A stretch of 64,000 bases of DNA from Phormidesmis sp. (GTDB lineage Bacteria; Cyanobacteriota; Cyanobacteriia; Phormidesmidales; Phormidesmidaceae): contig JBGCGG010000063.1 of the NCBI GenBank assembly GCA_045110585.1, forward strand, positions 11,732 through 75,731. Direction: 5' to 3'. Below are positions 52,453 through 61,730 of the stretch, in pieces. The notes under the pieces are model-generated. The model was given only the letters and a program-made list of their open reading frames with translations, was not told the origin of the DNA and ran no database searches. The position numbers were made by a program, and so were the translations under genes. Each line of letters begins with the position of its first letter. The first letter of the stretch is position 1.

Positions 52453-53616
52453 CTACGACCCGTTTAGAAAGTGTTTGATGCCTATCCAACGGCCTTGGGC
52501 AACGGTGGGCTTAATGAAGCGCAGCAGGACAGATTGGGCAAATAGATAGATAAGGTTGAGCCAGAGGGCAAGTGAGGTGGCGTGCCGATGCAAGAAAGTC
52601 AGCTTACTGAAGGTGGCGTAAATGTATTTGGGACTGGGATAGCGGCTCGTGATACTAGAGACGGCATGAACCACGAGAGGCACCGGCGCGATCGCAATCA
52701 TGCGCCCTTGCTGAAGGTAGCGCTCACATAGATCGCAGTCTTCGTAATACAAAAAATAGGTGTCATCAAATTGGGGGCAATGCCCAAGTTCACCCAAATT
52801 CAATATCATGCTACAGCCGCTGACCCACTGGGTTGGCGTGGGCTGAGTGGCTGCTGGTTTCCCTCGAGCGGTGCGGATTGCTTTGGCGCTAACGGAGCCT
52901 GTCCATCGGTTGAATTTGCCTGATCCAAACCATATTTTCCCGTCTGAATCGAGAACGGGGGTGCCTAGAATGGCAATGTTTTGATCTTGAACCTGCTGTT
53001 GAAAGCATTGGCGAATGGTGCTGACAGCGTTGGGCATCAGGCAGGTATCGGGGTTGATGAGCCATACCAATGCGTTGGGCGATCGCGCATAAATCCACTG
53101 CAAGCCCAAATTACAGCCGGAGCCAAATCCGTCGTTTTCAGGTGCGTCTAGTACGGTGACTTGGCCGCCGCCGTAGGTTTGCTCGGTTAGACCATGCACC
53201 ATGCGATCAGCGGGCGAGTTATTGACAATGACGATGCCCTGATTGGTTTCTAGGGTGTGCATCAAGTCGCTCAGTAGGGCCGCGCTGTAGTAGTTTACGC
53301 TGAGAAAGTACAGCGGTGGCTCATGGCGCGTGCTGTTTTCTGTGGCGTTTGCTTCTGATGGGGGAGCGTCTTCGGGGGGATTACCTGTGGGCGTGTTGCT
53401 TGTGGGCGTATCGCTTGTGGGCGTGTTGCTTGTGGGCGTATTGCTTGTGGGCGTATTGCTTATAGGCGTATCGCTGACGGATGGATTTGCTGCTTCTGGG
53501 GTTGTGTTGCTGTACTCAATATCTATTTTGAGGCCGTGGCTACTCGGGGCATTGCCTTGTTCTGTAGCGCTCTGCGGGTTAGACGGTATACGGGAAGAAG
53601 CCTGTTCAGACGTCAT
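52453..53616 (-). CDS. Glycosyltransferase family 2 (WbbL/rhamnosyltransferase-like) with a Ser/Thr/Pro repeat N-terminus
   Basis: SVNYYS, IVNNS, NDGFGSGCNLG, LINPD, WVSGCSM, FLYYEDCD. Confidence 0.88.
   Translation of the reverse strand: MTSEQASSRIPSNPQSATEQGNAPSSHGLKIDIEYSNTTPEAANPSVSDTPISNTPTSNTPTSNTPTSDTPTSNTPTGNPPEDAPPSEANATENSTRHEPPLYFLSVNYYSAALLSDLMHTLETNQGIVIVNNSPADRMVHGLTEQTYGGGQVTVLDAPENDGFGSGCNLGLQWIYARSPNALVWLINPDTCLMPNAVSTIRQCFQQQVQDQNIAILGTPVLDSDGKIWFGSGKFNRWTGSVSAKAIRTARGKPAATQPTPTQWVSGCSMILNLGELGHCPQFDDTYFLYYEDCDLCERYLQQGRMIAIAPVPLVVHAVSSITSRYPSPKYIYATFSKLTFLHRHATSLALWLNLIYLFAQSVLLRFIKPTVAQGRWIGIKHFLNGS
53387..53476. repeat. In-frame 15-bp tandem repeat, 6 units (PTSNT/PTSDT)
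   Basis: gtgggcgtrtygctt units starting at 53387. Confidence 0.9.
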
Positions 53617-54590
53617 GAAACCTGGCTCCTATTGGCGATCGTATTGGCCGGGTTGTTGGTTTGTGTGTGGGCTTGTGTGTTTGACGGTGTGATCGCCTTA
53701 AAAGTGGCATAAACACGGCTAAACCACTGCCTGGGCTTTTGGCGTTGGAGCATGGGATGCTGCAGGTATTTTTGCCAAACATGGGGGGGGGCAAAGGTAT
53801 AGCGATCTTGTCTGAGCACGTTTTTGGGGAGCTGCTGTGGATTGACAATGCCTTGGTCAATTTGGGTGAGGAGAGACGGGCGCACCCAGCCGCGTTCAAT
53901 ATGATCTTGCACGGTTTCACGAGCGATCGCGCCATCTGCAATGGCCTGGAGTAGTTCGTTGCACCAAAGCGCAGCGAGCGGATTGGTTGTAGCCAGCCAG
54001 GGTTGGTCAGGCATATCTGTGTAGTGCAGGAGCGCAGTACGCGCAGGCTCGTAGCATTCCAGATCGTTCCAGCCTAGAGGAAGGTCGGCTCTTTTGATGG
54101 CGGCGGGCGACATATCCAACACAAATTCTTTGTATGTCCAGGTTCCCCGCTCTAGTGATTCTACTAACTGCGCTGCTTCCCATGTTAGCTGGGCGCAGTT
54201 TAATAGCATGACGCTATATTGAGGCGATCGGCCCGATTCTGGCGGTTCTGGTACCGATAGAAGGCCGGCAGTGGGTTCTCCGGGCTGCTCAAAAGGCTGT
54301 TGCCATAGCTCATAAATGTCTCGCAACACCAGCATGTCTGAGTCAAGATAAATGGCTTTGCCTTGGTATTGACAGAGGGCGGGAATGGCAAAGCGTTGGA
54401 AGGTAAAAGGTGTGCGCGGTTTAAGGGCTGGATCTGCTGGCGTGGGGATAGGGATATTGGCAGCGGCAACCGCTTCGTAGAGGGGGGTGATTTGAACCGG
54501 GTGTGCGGTGCGTTTGCAGATGGAATAGGTGAGCACTTCTACGGCTAGACTTTGCTCAATTTGGGTGCCGAGATAGATACGGATGCTCAC
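53613..54590 (-). CDS. GT-A fold glycosyltransferase (GT8-like)
   Basis: IRIYLG, RTPFTFQRF, YLDSDM (DxD), SVMLLNC, WN, LHYT..QPW. Confidence 0.75.
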   Translation of the reverse strand: MSIRIYLGTQIEQSLAVEVLTYSICKRTAHPVQITPLYEAVAAANIPIPTPADPALKPRTPFTFQRFAIPALCQYQGKAIYLDSDMLVLRDIYELWQQPFEQPGEPTAGLLSVPEPPESGRSPQYSVMLLNCAQLTWEAAQLVESLERGTWTYKEFVLDMSPAAIKRADLPLGWNDLECYEPARTALLHYTDMPDQPWLATTNPLAALWCNELLQAIADGAIARETVQDHIERGWVRPSLLTQIDQGIVNPQQLPKNVLRQDRYTFAPPHVWQKYLQHPMLQRQKPRQWFSRVYATFKAITPSNTQAHTQTNNPANTIANRSQVS

Positions 54591-54749
54591 GGGAGGTGCC
54601 TGTTTGAATTTGCCTATTTGAATTTGCCTGCTTGGATGTGATTATTTGCGCTTGTCTACGTTTACCTGCCTATGATTTGACGAGTTAAAAGTTTGGCTAG
54701 TTATAAAGTTTGACGAGTTAAAAGTTTGGCTAGTTAAAAGTTTGACGAG

Positions 54750-55268
54750 TTAAAGCGATGGCGTTTGGGCGGTGATAATGTAGTCGCTGACTTCACGAAC
54801 TGCGCCTTGGCCGCCGCCTTTGCTGGTTACGAATCGGGCGTGGGCGATGTTGGTGGGCATGGCGTCGGCAACGGTCATAGGATATCCGACGGCTTGCATA
54901 ACGGGGAGGTCGCTGAGGTCATCTCCCATACTGGCCACTTGGCTAAGCGATATTTGTAGGCGATCGCATAGCTCTTTTAGCACCTTCAGCTTGTCTTTTA
55001 CATTAATAAAGACGTGCTCTACATTGAGCCGCTTGGCTCGATGCAGCGTTGCTTCAGAAGAATTGGCGGAGATAATCGCTACTGCAACGCCGTGATTAAT
55101 GAGGCGCTTAATGCCAAGACCGTCTTTAACGTTGAACTTTTTGAGAATTTCGCCCGATTCGGTGTAGTAAAGTCCGCCATCTGTCATGATGCCGTCCACA
55201 TCTAATACGAGCAGCTTAATGGCTGCAAAGTCGCTGGCAGAGAGGGTCGGCGGGTAGAAATTACTCAT
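54750..55268 (-). CDS. kdsC: KdsC/YrbI-family HAD phosphatase (Kdo-8-P or nonulosonate-9-P phosphatase)
   Basis: LDVDGIMTDG, FNVKDGLG, GDDLSD, GGQGAVRE. Confidence 0.8.
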   Translation of the reverse strand: MSNFYPPTLSASDFAAIKLLVLDVDGIMTDGGLYYTESGEILKKFNVKDGLGIKRLINHGVAVAIISANSSEATLHRAKRLNVEHVFINVKDKLKVLKELCDRLQISLSQVASMGDDLSDLPVMQAVGYPMTVADAMPTNIAHARFVTSKGGGQGAVREVSDYIITAQTPSL

Positions 55269-55575
55269 AAATTTGTGGATTCTGTCGTCTGAAAGTACGT
55301 CGGAACTAAAGCGTAGGTAGGGGCTAAAGCTAGATGGCCCAAAGATACGTAGCGCAGGTGGGGTGGGTTGTGTGTGGCGGATTCTTTAAGATGCCTAGCA
55401 TTGCCTTTTTTCTTTTAGAGATATCTATTTTAGAGATGCCTATTTTAGAGATGTCTTTCTTTTCAGCGTAGAGGATGATGGTGCGTGCCACATCTTAATG
55501 AGGACATCTTATGATGGGCGCTATATACTGTTTGCGGTTCCACTGTTGTCCTCCTTTGGCGAACGGTTACGCGTT

Positions 55576-56523
55576 ATGGTCTCGTCTCCTTCCCCTACCG
55601 GTAGTGTCTCTGCACCGGCACTGACTCAATACGTTGAAGTCCCTGCGATTAAAACGCTTGATTTATCCGCAGCAGGCACCGAACGGCTAATTAGCTTTGG
55701 TGCAGGTCAGCGCCAGAAGTACTTAAATAACTCGCCGTTTCCTCACATTGTTATCAACAACTTGTTTGATAATGCGCTACTGGAAGATGTGCTGGAAGAT
55801 GTGATTAACCTAGAGCATCCCATTGCCAAGAATTTTTATGGTTCGGTTAAAAAATTTGCTACTCCAGATCCGCAAGTTATGGGGCCGACCGCACAACGCT
55901 TTTTGTTAGATTTGTGCTCAGCGAGATTCTGTTTGTTTTTGGAAGCGCTGACAGGGATTGACGGGGTGATTTCTGATCCTCATTTTGAAGGAGGTGGCGT
56001 CCATGAAATGACCCGAGAAGGCTTTTTAAAAATGCACACCGACTTCAACTGGAATGACAAGCTGAAGTTGGATCGACGGCTCAATATGCTGATTTATCTC
56101 AATCATGATTGGCAAGATTGCTGGGGTGGTCATTTGGAACTGTGGGATAGCCAGATGAAAAATCAGTTTATGAAAGTGCCCCCTGTTTTCAATACCACCG
56201 TTATTTTTTCAACCACAGATTATTCGTATCATGGCCTGCCGAATCCGTTGGACTGCCCTGAAGATCGGCGTAGGCGATCGCTGGCTCTGTACTACTACAG
56301 TAATGGGCGGCCCCAAAGTGAAATTCAGTTTCACCAAAGCACGGGCACTAACTACCAAGAGCGCCCTGGCGAATATTTTTATGCGCCTGGTGTAGCTGGG
56401 CGAGGCCCCCAAAGACTTCCTAAAACGAAACTGGAAAAAGTCACCCACAAGCTCAAGTCAACAATTAAAAAGAGAATCAAGAAAGTGGCCCCCAAGCCTA
56501 CTAAAAAGATGCCAAAACGCTGA
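55576..56523 (+). CDS. 2OG-Fe(II) oxygenase family protein
   Basis: PFPHIVI, HTD facial-triad start, distal HG, RRSLALYYY; ATG at 55576 preferred. Confidence 0.88.
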   Translation: MVSSPSPTGSVSAPALTQYVEVPAIKTLDLSAAGTERLISFGAGQRQKYLNNSPFPHIVINNLFDNALLEDVLEDVINLEHPIAKNFYGSVKKFATPDPQVMGPTAQRFLLDLCSARFCLFLEALTGIDGVISDPHFEGGGVHEMTREGFLKMHTDFNWNDKLKLDRRLNMLIYLNHDWQDCWGGHLELWDSQMKNQFMKVPPVFNTTVIFSTTDYSYHGLPNPLDCPEDRRRRSLALYYYSNGRPQSEIQFHQSTGTNYQERPGEYFYAPGVAGRGPQRLPKTKLEKVTHKLKSTIKKRIKKVAPKPTKKMPKR

Positions 56524-56618
56524 GTCCTAACTCTCTTTGAATTTCTTTCTCATACTTTTTTTAATTCATTTAGCTACCGTTTTAATTCGTTTAACTACCG
56601 CGCCCCAGCAACGTTTTT

Positions 56619-57485
56619 ATGACTTCTCAACCGACCCTATCCAAACCATCCTCTAGCAAGTTGGCTTCTGAACAGACGCCTGCGCTCTCTACCTGCTTTG
56701 ACCAAGGCTACATGGATGCCTTTGATCGTAGCGAGTTTATCTCTAATCAGCCCTATCCTTGGGCAAACTTTAAGGCATTGTTGACCCCGCAAGCATTTGC
56801 GGCCCTCTATCAAGAATTTCCTGCGCTTGATTTTTTTGAAAAGCACGAGGGCATGGCGCGAAAATATGATCAAAAGCCCCATGATCGCTATTATCTTGCC
56901 TACGAAGAGAAAATTGACGCGTACAAAAAACTAGATTCTGAGCAAGAAGCGATGCAAGGAAAGGGCGTGATTCGACATAGTCAGCTTTCACCCACGTGGC
57001 AAACCTTCATTTCAGAAATTACTTCGGATTCTGGCTACCGTCGGTTCATCGGTAAACTGCTGGGTACAGATGAATTCATCACACGCTTTGCGTGGCATGT
57101 GGCCACCGCAGGCCATTCTGTTTCGCCTCACTCAGATGCGCGGAACAAACTGGGCACCCATATTTTTTACTTTAATACGACTGAAGATTGGCAAGCTGAT
57201 TGGGGTGGCGCTACTTTGGTGCTGGATGAGAAAAACTATGAGGGGATGAATCCTACCGTTTCTGATTTTGGCAAAGTAACGGCGGTAGAAGTGATGAACA
57301 ATCGCAGCTTTTTGTTCAAAAACCAGGTGGAAGGATGGCACGCTGTCGATACGCTAAAGTGCCCGGTGGGCGTACATCGGCGGATTTTTAATGTCATTGT
57401 TGAAATCCCTAAGCAAAAGAACGTAGAGAAGGTAAAAGCAACGGTGAAGACAACCCTACGTGAGAAATTGCTGGGTTGGCTTTGA
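56619..57485 (+). CDS. 2OG-Fe(II) oxygenase family protein (divergent)
   Basis: PYPW, HSD, WGGAT, WHAV, RRIFNV. Confidence 0.8.
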   Translation: MTSQPTLSKPSSSKLASEQTPALSTCFDQGYMDAFDRSEFISNQPYPWANFKALLTPQAFAALYQEFPALDFFEKHEGMARKYDQKPHDRYYLAYEEKIDAYKKLDSEQEAMQGKGVIRHSQLSPTWQTFISEITSDSGYRRFIGKLLGTDEFITRFAWHVATAGHSVSPHSDARNKLGTHIFYFNTTEDWQADWGGATLVLDEKNYEGMNPTVSDFGKVTAVEVMNNRSFLFKNQVEGWHAVDTLKCPVGVHRRIFNVIVEIPKQKNVEKVKATVKTTLREKLLGWL

Positions 57486-57593
57486 ATGCCTGAGTCTTTG
57501 AATGCCTAGTCTTTGAATGCCTGGTCTGTGAATGCCTGGTCTGTGACTAACTTAGCTCTGACTAACTTGGCTCTGACTAACTTGACTCTAAAC

Positions 57594-57630
57594 AGAGATG
57601 AGGGCGTACGGTAAGTACGCCCTCATCTCT
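57594..57630. terminator. Probable bidirectional terminator between convergent genes
   Basis: 16-bp perfect stem agagatgagggcgtac / gtacgccctcatctct, 5-nt loop. Confidence 0.75.
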
Positions 57631-57659
57631 CAAATGCAACCTGATCGCATCAGAACGTT

Positions 57660-60191
57660 TTAATCTTTCTGAATCCAGAACTGAGCGCTCTCGTCGTAGA
57701 TGCTGCTATCTGATGTGCTAGTGAAGCGTAAGTGGTAGTTTCGGCTGGTGTCTAAATAGGTCGGAATATTCCACTGGTAGCTGCCGTCGCTGCTGGTTGA
57801 GCCGGTAATGGTGCGGTGGTACGAACCCTCTTTGTACAGCTCAATTCTTATGGTTTCTCTGATGTTGTCACTCCAAGTTAGCTCGAACTGAGTACCTGTG
57901 CGCAAAGGGGAGTTGTCGCTGGGGGTGTCAATGTTAATGAATGGATTGGCTTCTACTTGAAAGGGCTGATCGCTGACGTTGAAGATATTTGCGTCTTCAG
58001 CGCTGCTGATTCTGAGGTAGAAGAATTTATCTCCGGCCAAGTTAGAAGGGACGCGCCAATTGAATTCGCCGTCGCTAGGCGTTGAATTCACAATGGTGCT
58101 GACGAAGCGATTGCCTTCGTACAGATCAATTTTTACGTTTTCTGCAAGGTTATCTTCCCAGCGGATGGTGTATTCATTGTCGGTGCGAAGTTTGGTGGTG
58201 CTGAGATCGCCATTGCGAATGGACAGGACTTCAATGTCGGGCAAGGGCTGTAGGGTTGAATAGTCTACGCTGTAGCCAATATCATCCAGTAGGGCCACGT
58301 CTAGGAGGGTCAGTAGTTTGCGGGTACCTTTAGCGATATTGGGATCTAGCGAATTCTCTCCGAGTCCTGCAATTTCAAAGTCATCTTCAATATGGGAGCC
58401 TCTGCTGTCTAGCGGAATGGCTTCGCCGTTGTTGAGGGCTGTGGAGGCTTCTCCTGTGAACTTGCCGTCTTGAATTAGTGCGCTAAAGGCATCAATGCCA
58501 CTAGAAATACCTAGAATATGGCCGAGTTCGTGAACGGCGACAGAGAGCATATCCGCTTGAAAGTTCGCAATGTTGGGCGTGGTGCTGGTGTCTGGATTGA
58601 TGTACCAAGATTCTCTATCGTTGAAGACGATTTCACCGAGCCAAGGTTGGAAGACGGTGCTGGTGTTGCGATCTCCTTGATACGTGGTTGCGCCTGCTTC
58701 TGCTAGTGACCGATTGCTGCTGAGATCTTGGGCGAATGCGAACACTCTAATGTCATCAATTTCAGACTCTAATTCAAAGGAGGTGAGGCCGTTACCGTTA
58801 GGATCTGTGGCATGTACTGTGGTGCCTACAGCGATATTTTCAAATTCATCTAAGATAATATCTTCCCAGATGTCAGCGGCCTTTTCTAGGACGGCTCGCT
58901 TTTCACTGTCAAACCAGTTGTTCGTATCAAAGCGGTAGTCAAACTCGATGTTGAAACCGTCGTCTAAATTATCGTCTGAGCTGTTGCCTGAGTTGTTCTC
59001 TAGGGTGTTTTCTGGGCTGTTCTCTGGGCTGCCGTTAAGGCTGTTGTTTGAGTTATCTGCTGGGGTACTTTCTGGGTTATCTGTTGGGGTGCTTTCTGGG
59101 TTATCTGTTGGGGTACTTTCTGGGCGATCGCTTAAGTTATTGCCTGCGTTATATTCAGACCCATTCCCGTTATCTGAACCGTTGTCAGAAGCGCTATCTA
59201 AGCTATTGTCAGAACCGTTATCTGAGCCGTTGTTAGATGGGCTGTCGTTTACGGTTTCATCCGTCGGCGATTCAGACGAGGGTTGATTAGATTCATTCGG
59301 CAGTGTATCTAGTGCTGCACCGTTTACAACCGGAATCCAAGAGCCATTTTTTCCAGAAAAACGAACGCGATTCTCGAGTTTGTTGTTTTTCTGACCTCCT
59401 AGCTGCCAGATTTCATTCGTGCCAGACTCTTTTTCGTGCCACAAAAGATCCGGCGCACCATCTTGGTTAAAATCTCCTACCCCGTGGAGTTCCCAGTCGT
59501 TGCTTCTGAATGTTTCGACGCGTTCAGAATCTTTATAGTCAGTGCCTTTGTTTCCTCTCATATACCAAATGAGATTCTCGCCAGAGCCTTGATCTCTCCA
59601 CAGCACATCGGTGTAGCCGTCTCTGTCAAAGTCTCCAACACCTTTGGCTTTCCACTGGCGACCCGGAGACATCAGGGATGAGCGCTCACGGATAGAAGCC
59701 CCTGTATCGCCTTCCATGTACCAAATGACATTCTCGCCTGTTCTGTTGTTGTGCCAGAGAATGTCGGCGTGCTCGTCATTATCAAAATCGCTGACGCCTT
59801 GAACTTCCCAGTCTGCGCCAATGCCTGTAATGCCATCTCTGCCGATGTAATCACCGCCCAGATCGCTTCCTCTAAACAAGGCCGCATTATCCCCTGTTCG
59901 TTCATTGCGGACGAGCAAATCCGAATAACCATCTTGGTTAAAGTCGGCTATCCCCTCTACTTTCCACCCTTCTCCGATTGATCGGATATCGAGGCTTTCA
60001 CTGACCTGATTCCCATGCTCTCCTTCTGTGAGCCAAAGCTCATTGCTGCCAGATGTGGGGTTATGCCAAAGCACGTCGGAGCGCCCATCACTGTTAAAGT
60101 CTAGCCCATAGGGATCTTGCAGCGCAGCAGAATCTTTGCCAACCACAGGAACTGCTGCGTTAGCATCAAAGTCTAAGTTGTTGTTAAACAT
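57660..60191 (-). CDS. Multidomain extracellular protein: 5 FG-GAP/VCBS-like repeats, Asn/Ser/Asp linker, zincin metalloprotease, two C-terminal Ig-like (Kre9/KNH-like) domains
   Basis: DFNxDGxxDLLW x5; VHELGHILGI; IRWEDNLAENVKIDLY and LTWSDNIRETIRIELY duplicated domains. Confidence 0.8.
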   Translation of the reverse strand: MFNNNLDFDANAAVPVVGKDSAALQDPYGLDFNSDGRSDVLWHNPTSGSNELWLTEGEHGNQVSESLDIRSIGEGWKVEGIADFNQDGYSDLLVRNERTGDNAALFRGSDLGGDYIGRDGITGIGADWEVQGVSDFDNDEHADILWHNNRTGENVIWYMEGDTGASIRERSSLMSPGRQWKAKGVGDFDRDGYTDVLWRDQGSGENLIWYMRGNKGTDYKDSERVETFRSNDWELHGVGDFNQDGAPDLLWHEKESGTNEIWQLGGQKNNKLENRVRFSGKNGSWIPVVNGAALDTLPNESNQPSSESPTDETVNDSPSNNGSDNGSDNSLDSASDNGSDNGNGSEYNAGNNLSDRPESTPTDNPESTPTDNPESTPADNSNNSLNGSPENSPENTLENNSGNSSDDNLDDGFNIEFDYRFDTNNWFDSEKRAVLEKAADIWEDIILDEFENIAVGTTVHATDPNGNGLTSFELESEIDDIRVFAFAQDLSSNRSLAEAGATTYQGDRNTSTVFQPWLGEIVFNDRESWYINPDTSTTPNIANFQADMLSVAVHELGHILGISSGIDAFSALIQDGKFTGEASTALNNGEAIPLDSRGSHIEDDFEIAGLGENSLDPNIAKGTRKLLTLLDVALLDDIGYSVDYSTLQPLPDIEVLSIRNGDLSTTKLRTDNEYTIRWEDNLAENVKIDLYEGNRFVSTIVNSTPSDGEFNWRVPSNLAGDKFFYLRISSAEDANIFNVSDQPFQVEANPFINIDTPSDNSPLRTGTQFELTWSDNIRETIRIELYKEGSYHRTITGSTSSDGSYQWNIPTYLDTSRNYHLRFTSTSDSSIYDESAQFWIQKD

Positions 60192-60823
60192 AAACGGAGT
60201 CTGTATCTAGCTTTTCTAAAGTTGAAGAGAAATAAACAACAGCAAGGCACCTTTTTTTTACCCCAGCGCTTGATGAACAAGCTTTAGGGCAGACGGCTCA
60301 CCTGCTGCTGCGGAAGACGCATGAACAGAAAACTGAAATAGATGTGAGTGCTGAAAGATATTTTTACGATCTGGGCGAATGCACTGGTTTGGCTGATGCA
60401 CTGGCCTTCGCTAATGCATGTAATCGTTGTTCTTGTTAGAGGGATTTCATTTGTCCGTCGATATCTTTCTGCACTGCAAAGTCACATTAATGAAAGAATG
60501 CCCAAGGGTTTATGGAAAGCACATGGAAATGCCCATAAAAATGCTGATTTCATTGGTAAGTTCTTTTCATAGCTGACTGTATGGGCGTGAAGATACGTAC
60601 GCTACTGAAAAAATTAATATCAGTTGATGGGTTGGGACGTCTTAGACGGCAATTTCTCGGTGCTGTTACGCATTTTTGGATACAGCAATACGGAGGCGAC
60701 TAAGTAGCCGCCTCCAAACACGTTAAAACGCTGGTTCTTAGCTCTATGACCTGCGTTTTAAAGCGGCCTCTGGAAGCGTTTGCTCGTAGGGCTTGAGATG
60801 TATTTAGACGTGCTGATGTGTCT

Positions 60824-60988
60824 TTAGAAAAGCGTATAGATGAAGGGCGCGATCGCGCTACCTTGCGTAAATACAATCAGCCCACCCATTACCACTAAGG
60901 TGATAATCAGCGGTGCAAGCCAATACTTTTTTCGTTTGTTGAGGAAACCCCAGAGGTCTTGGAGAGAGTCGAAGAAGGCTTGTAACAT
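60824..60988 (-). CDS. SxtK/DUF5989-family small membrane protein
   Basis: DLWGFLNKRKKYWLAPLII...GSAIAPFIYTLF; ATG at 60988. Confidence 0.88.
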   Translation of the reverse strand: MLQAFFDSLQDLWGFLNKRKKYWLAPLIITLVVMGGLIVFTQGSAIAPFIYTLF

Positions 60989-61127
60989 ATGCAGTAGGGC
61001 TTGGGCTATGGTTTGCCCACAGGTAGAAAACAAAAAGAGTTGATGCAGGACGCGTTTATACGGAAGCGGTGGAGTTGCATGAGGCTTGAGAAAAGCAGCC
61101 TTAATAAGTAGCTTTAAAAAAGGAGCC

Positions 61128-61544
61128 TTAATAAGGTGTCGTCATGCTGTCTTCAGTGGGTGGGGTGCTGGGGATACGATAGGAGGCTTTATCTCGCTCT
61201 AGCTTACGTTGCATGGGGTCTTTGCCGAGTAATCGCATGATCAGAGCCATGGGCGTGAGCACCAGTAAAAAAATGATCCCCAGGATGATGCGGCTGTTGA
61301 GCCAACCCAACACTAAGGCAATGCGCATCCATACGGCATAAAAAGGCGCGAGCGATCGCGGTGCAACTAGCGCCACGCTGCATAATATTCCGCCCGCCAC
61401 GATGGGCCAACGATGAATCCCCGCGCCCCACACAAACGGTAGAACCAGGCCAAATAACACCGCGAAGATGATTCCGGTCGTGAGGCCGAACTTGCGTAGC
61501 CCTTGCTTATCAAGTTTTGGAATCTCAGAGAAATTGATGCCCAT
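61128..61544 (-). CDS. SxtJ-family membrane protein
   Basis: LRKFGL, P..L.PFYAVWMRIA..LGWLNSRIIL..IF..VLTP...G.DPM.R. Confidence 0.88.
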   Translation of the reverse strand: MGINFSEIPKLDKQGLRKFGLTTGIIFAVLFGLVLPFVWGAGIHRWPIVAGGILCSVALVAPRSLAPFYAVWMRIALVLGWLNSRIILGIIFLLVLTPMALIMRLLGKDPMQRKLERDKASYRIPSTPPTEDSMTTPY

Positions 61545-61730
61545 ACGTTCTGTAATCTGCCTGCATATCTTTCATTAATCTGTGTTGGGTTGAGCCACTG
61601 TTAGGCTGAGTGACTGGCTTGAGAACTGGCTTGAGAACTGGCTTGAGTGACTGGCTTGAGTCACCGTGACTCGGCTGCATGAAGTGGTTGGCTGGTCGCT
61701 TGCTTGAAGCGTAGCCTCATGAAGCGTAGC

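Noticed and set aside
60661-60790. c-di-GMP-I (GEMM) riboswitch
   Set aside because: Only partial GCAAAC/ACGC similarity; no GAAA tetraloop/receptor or correct P1-P2 layout.
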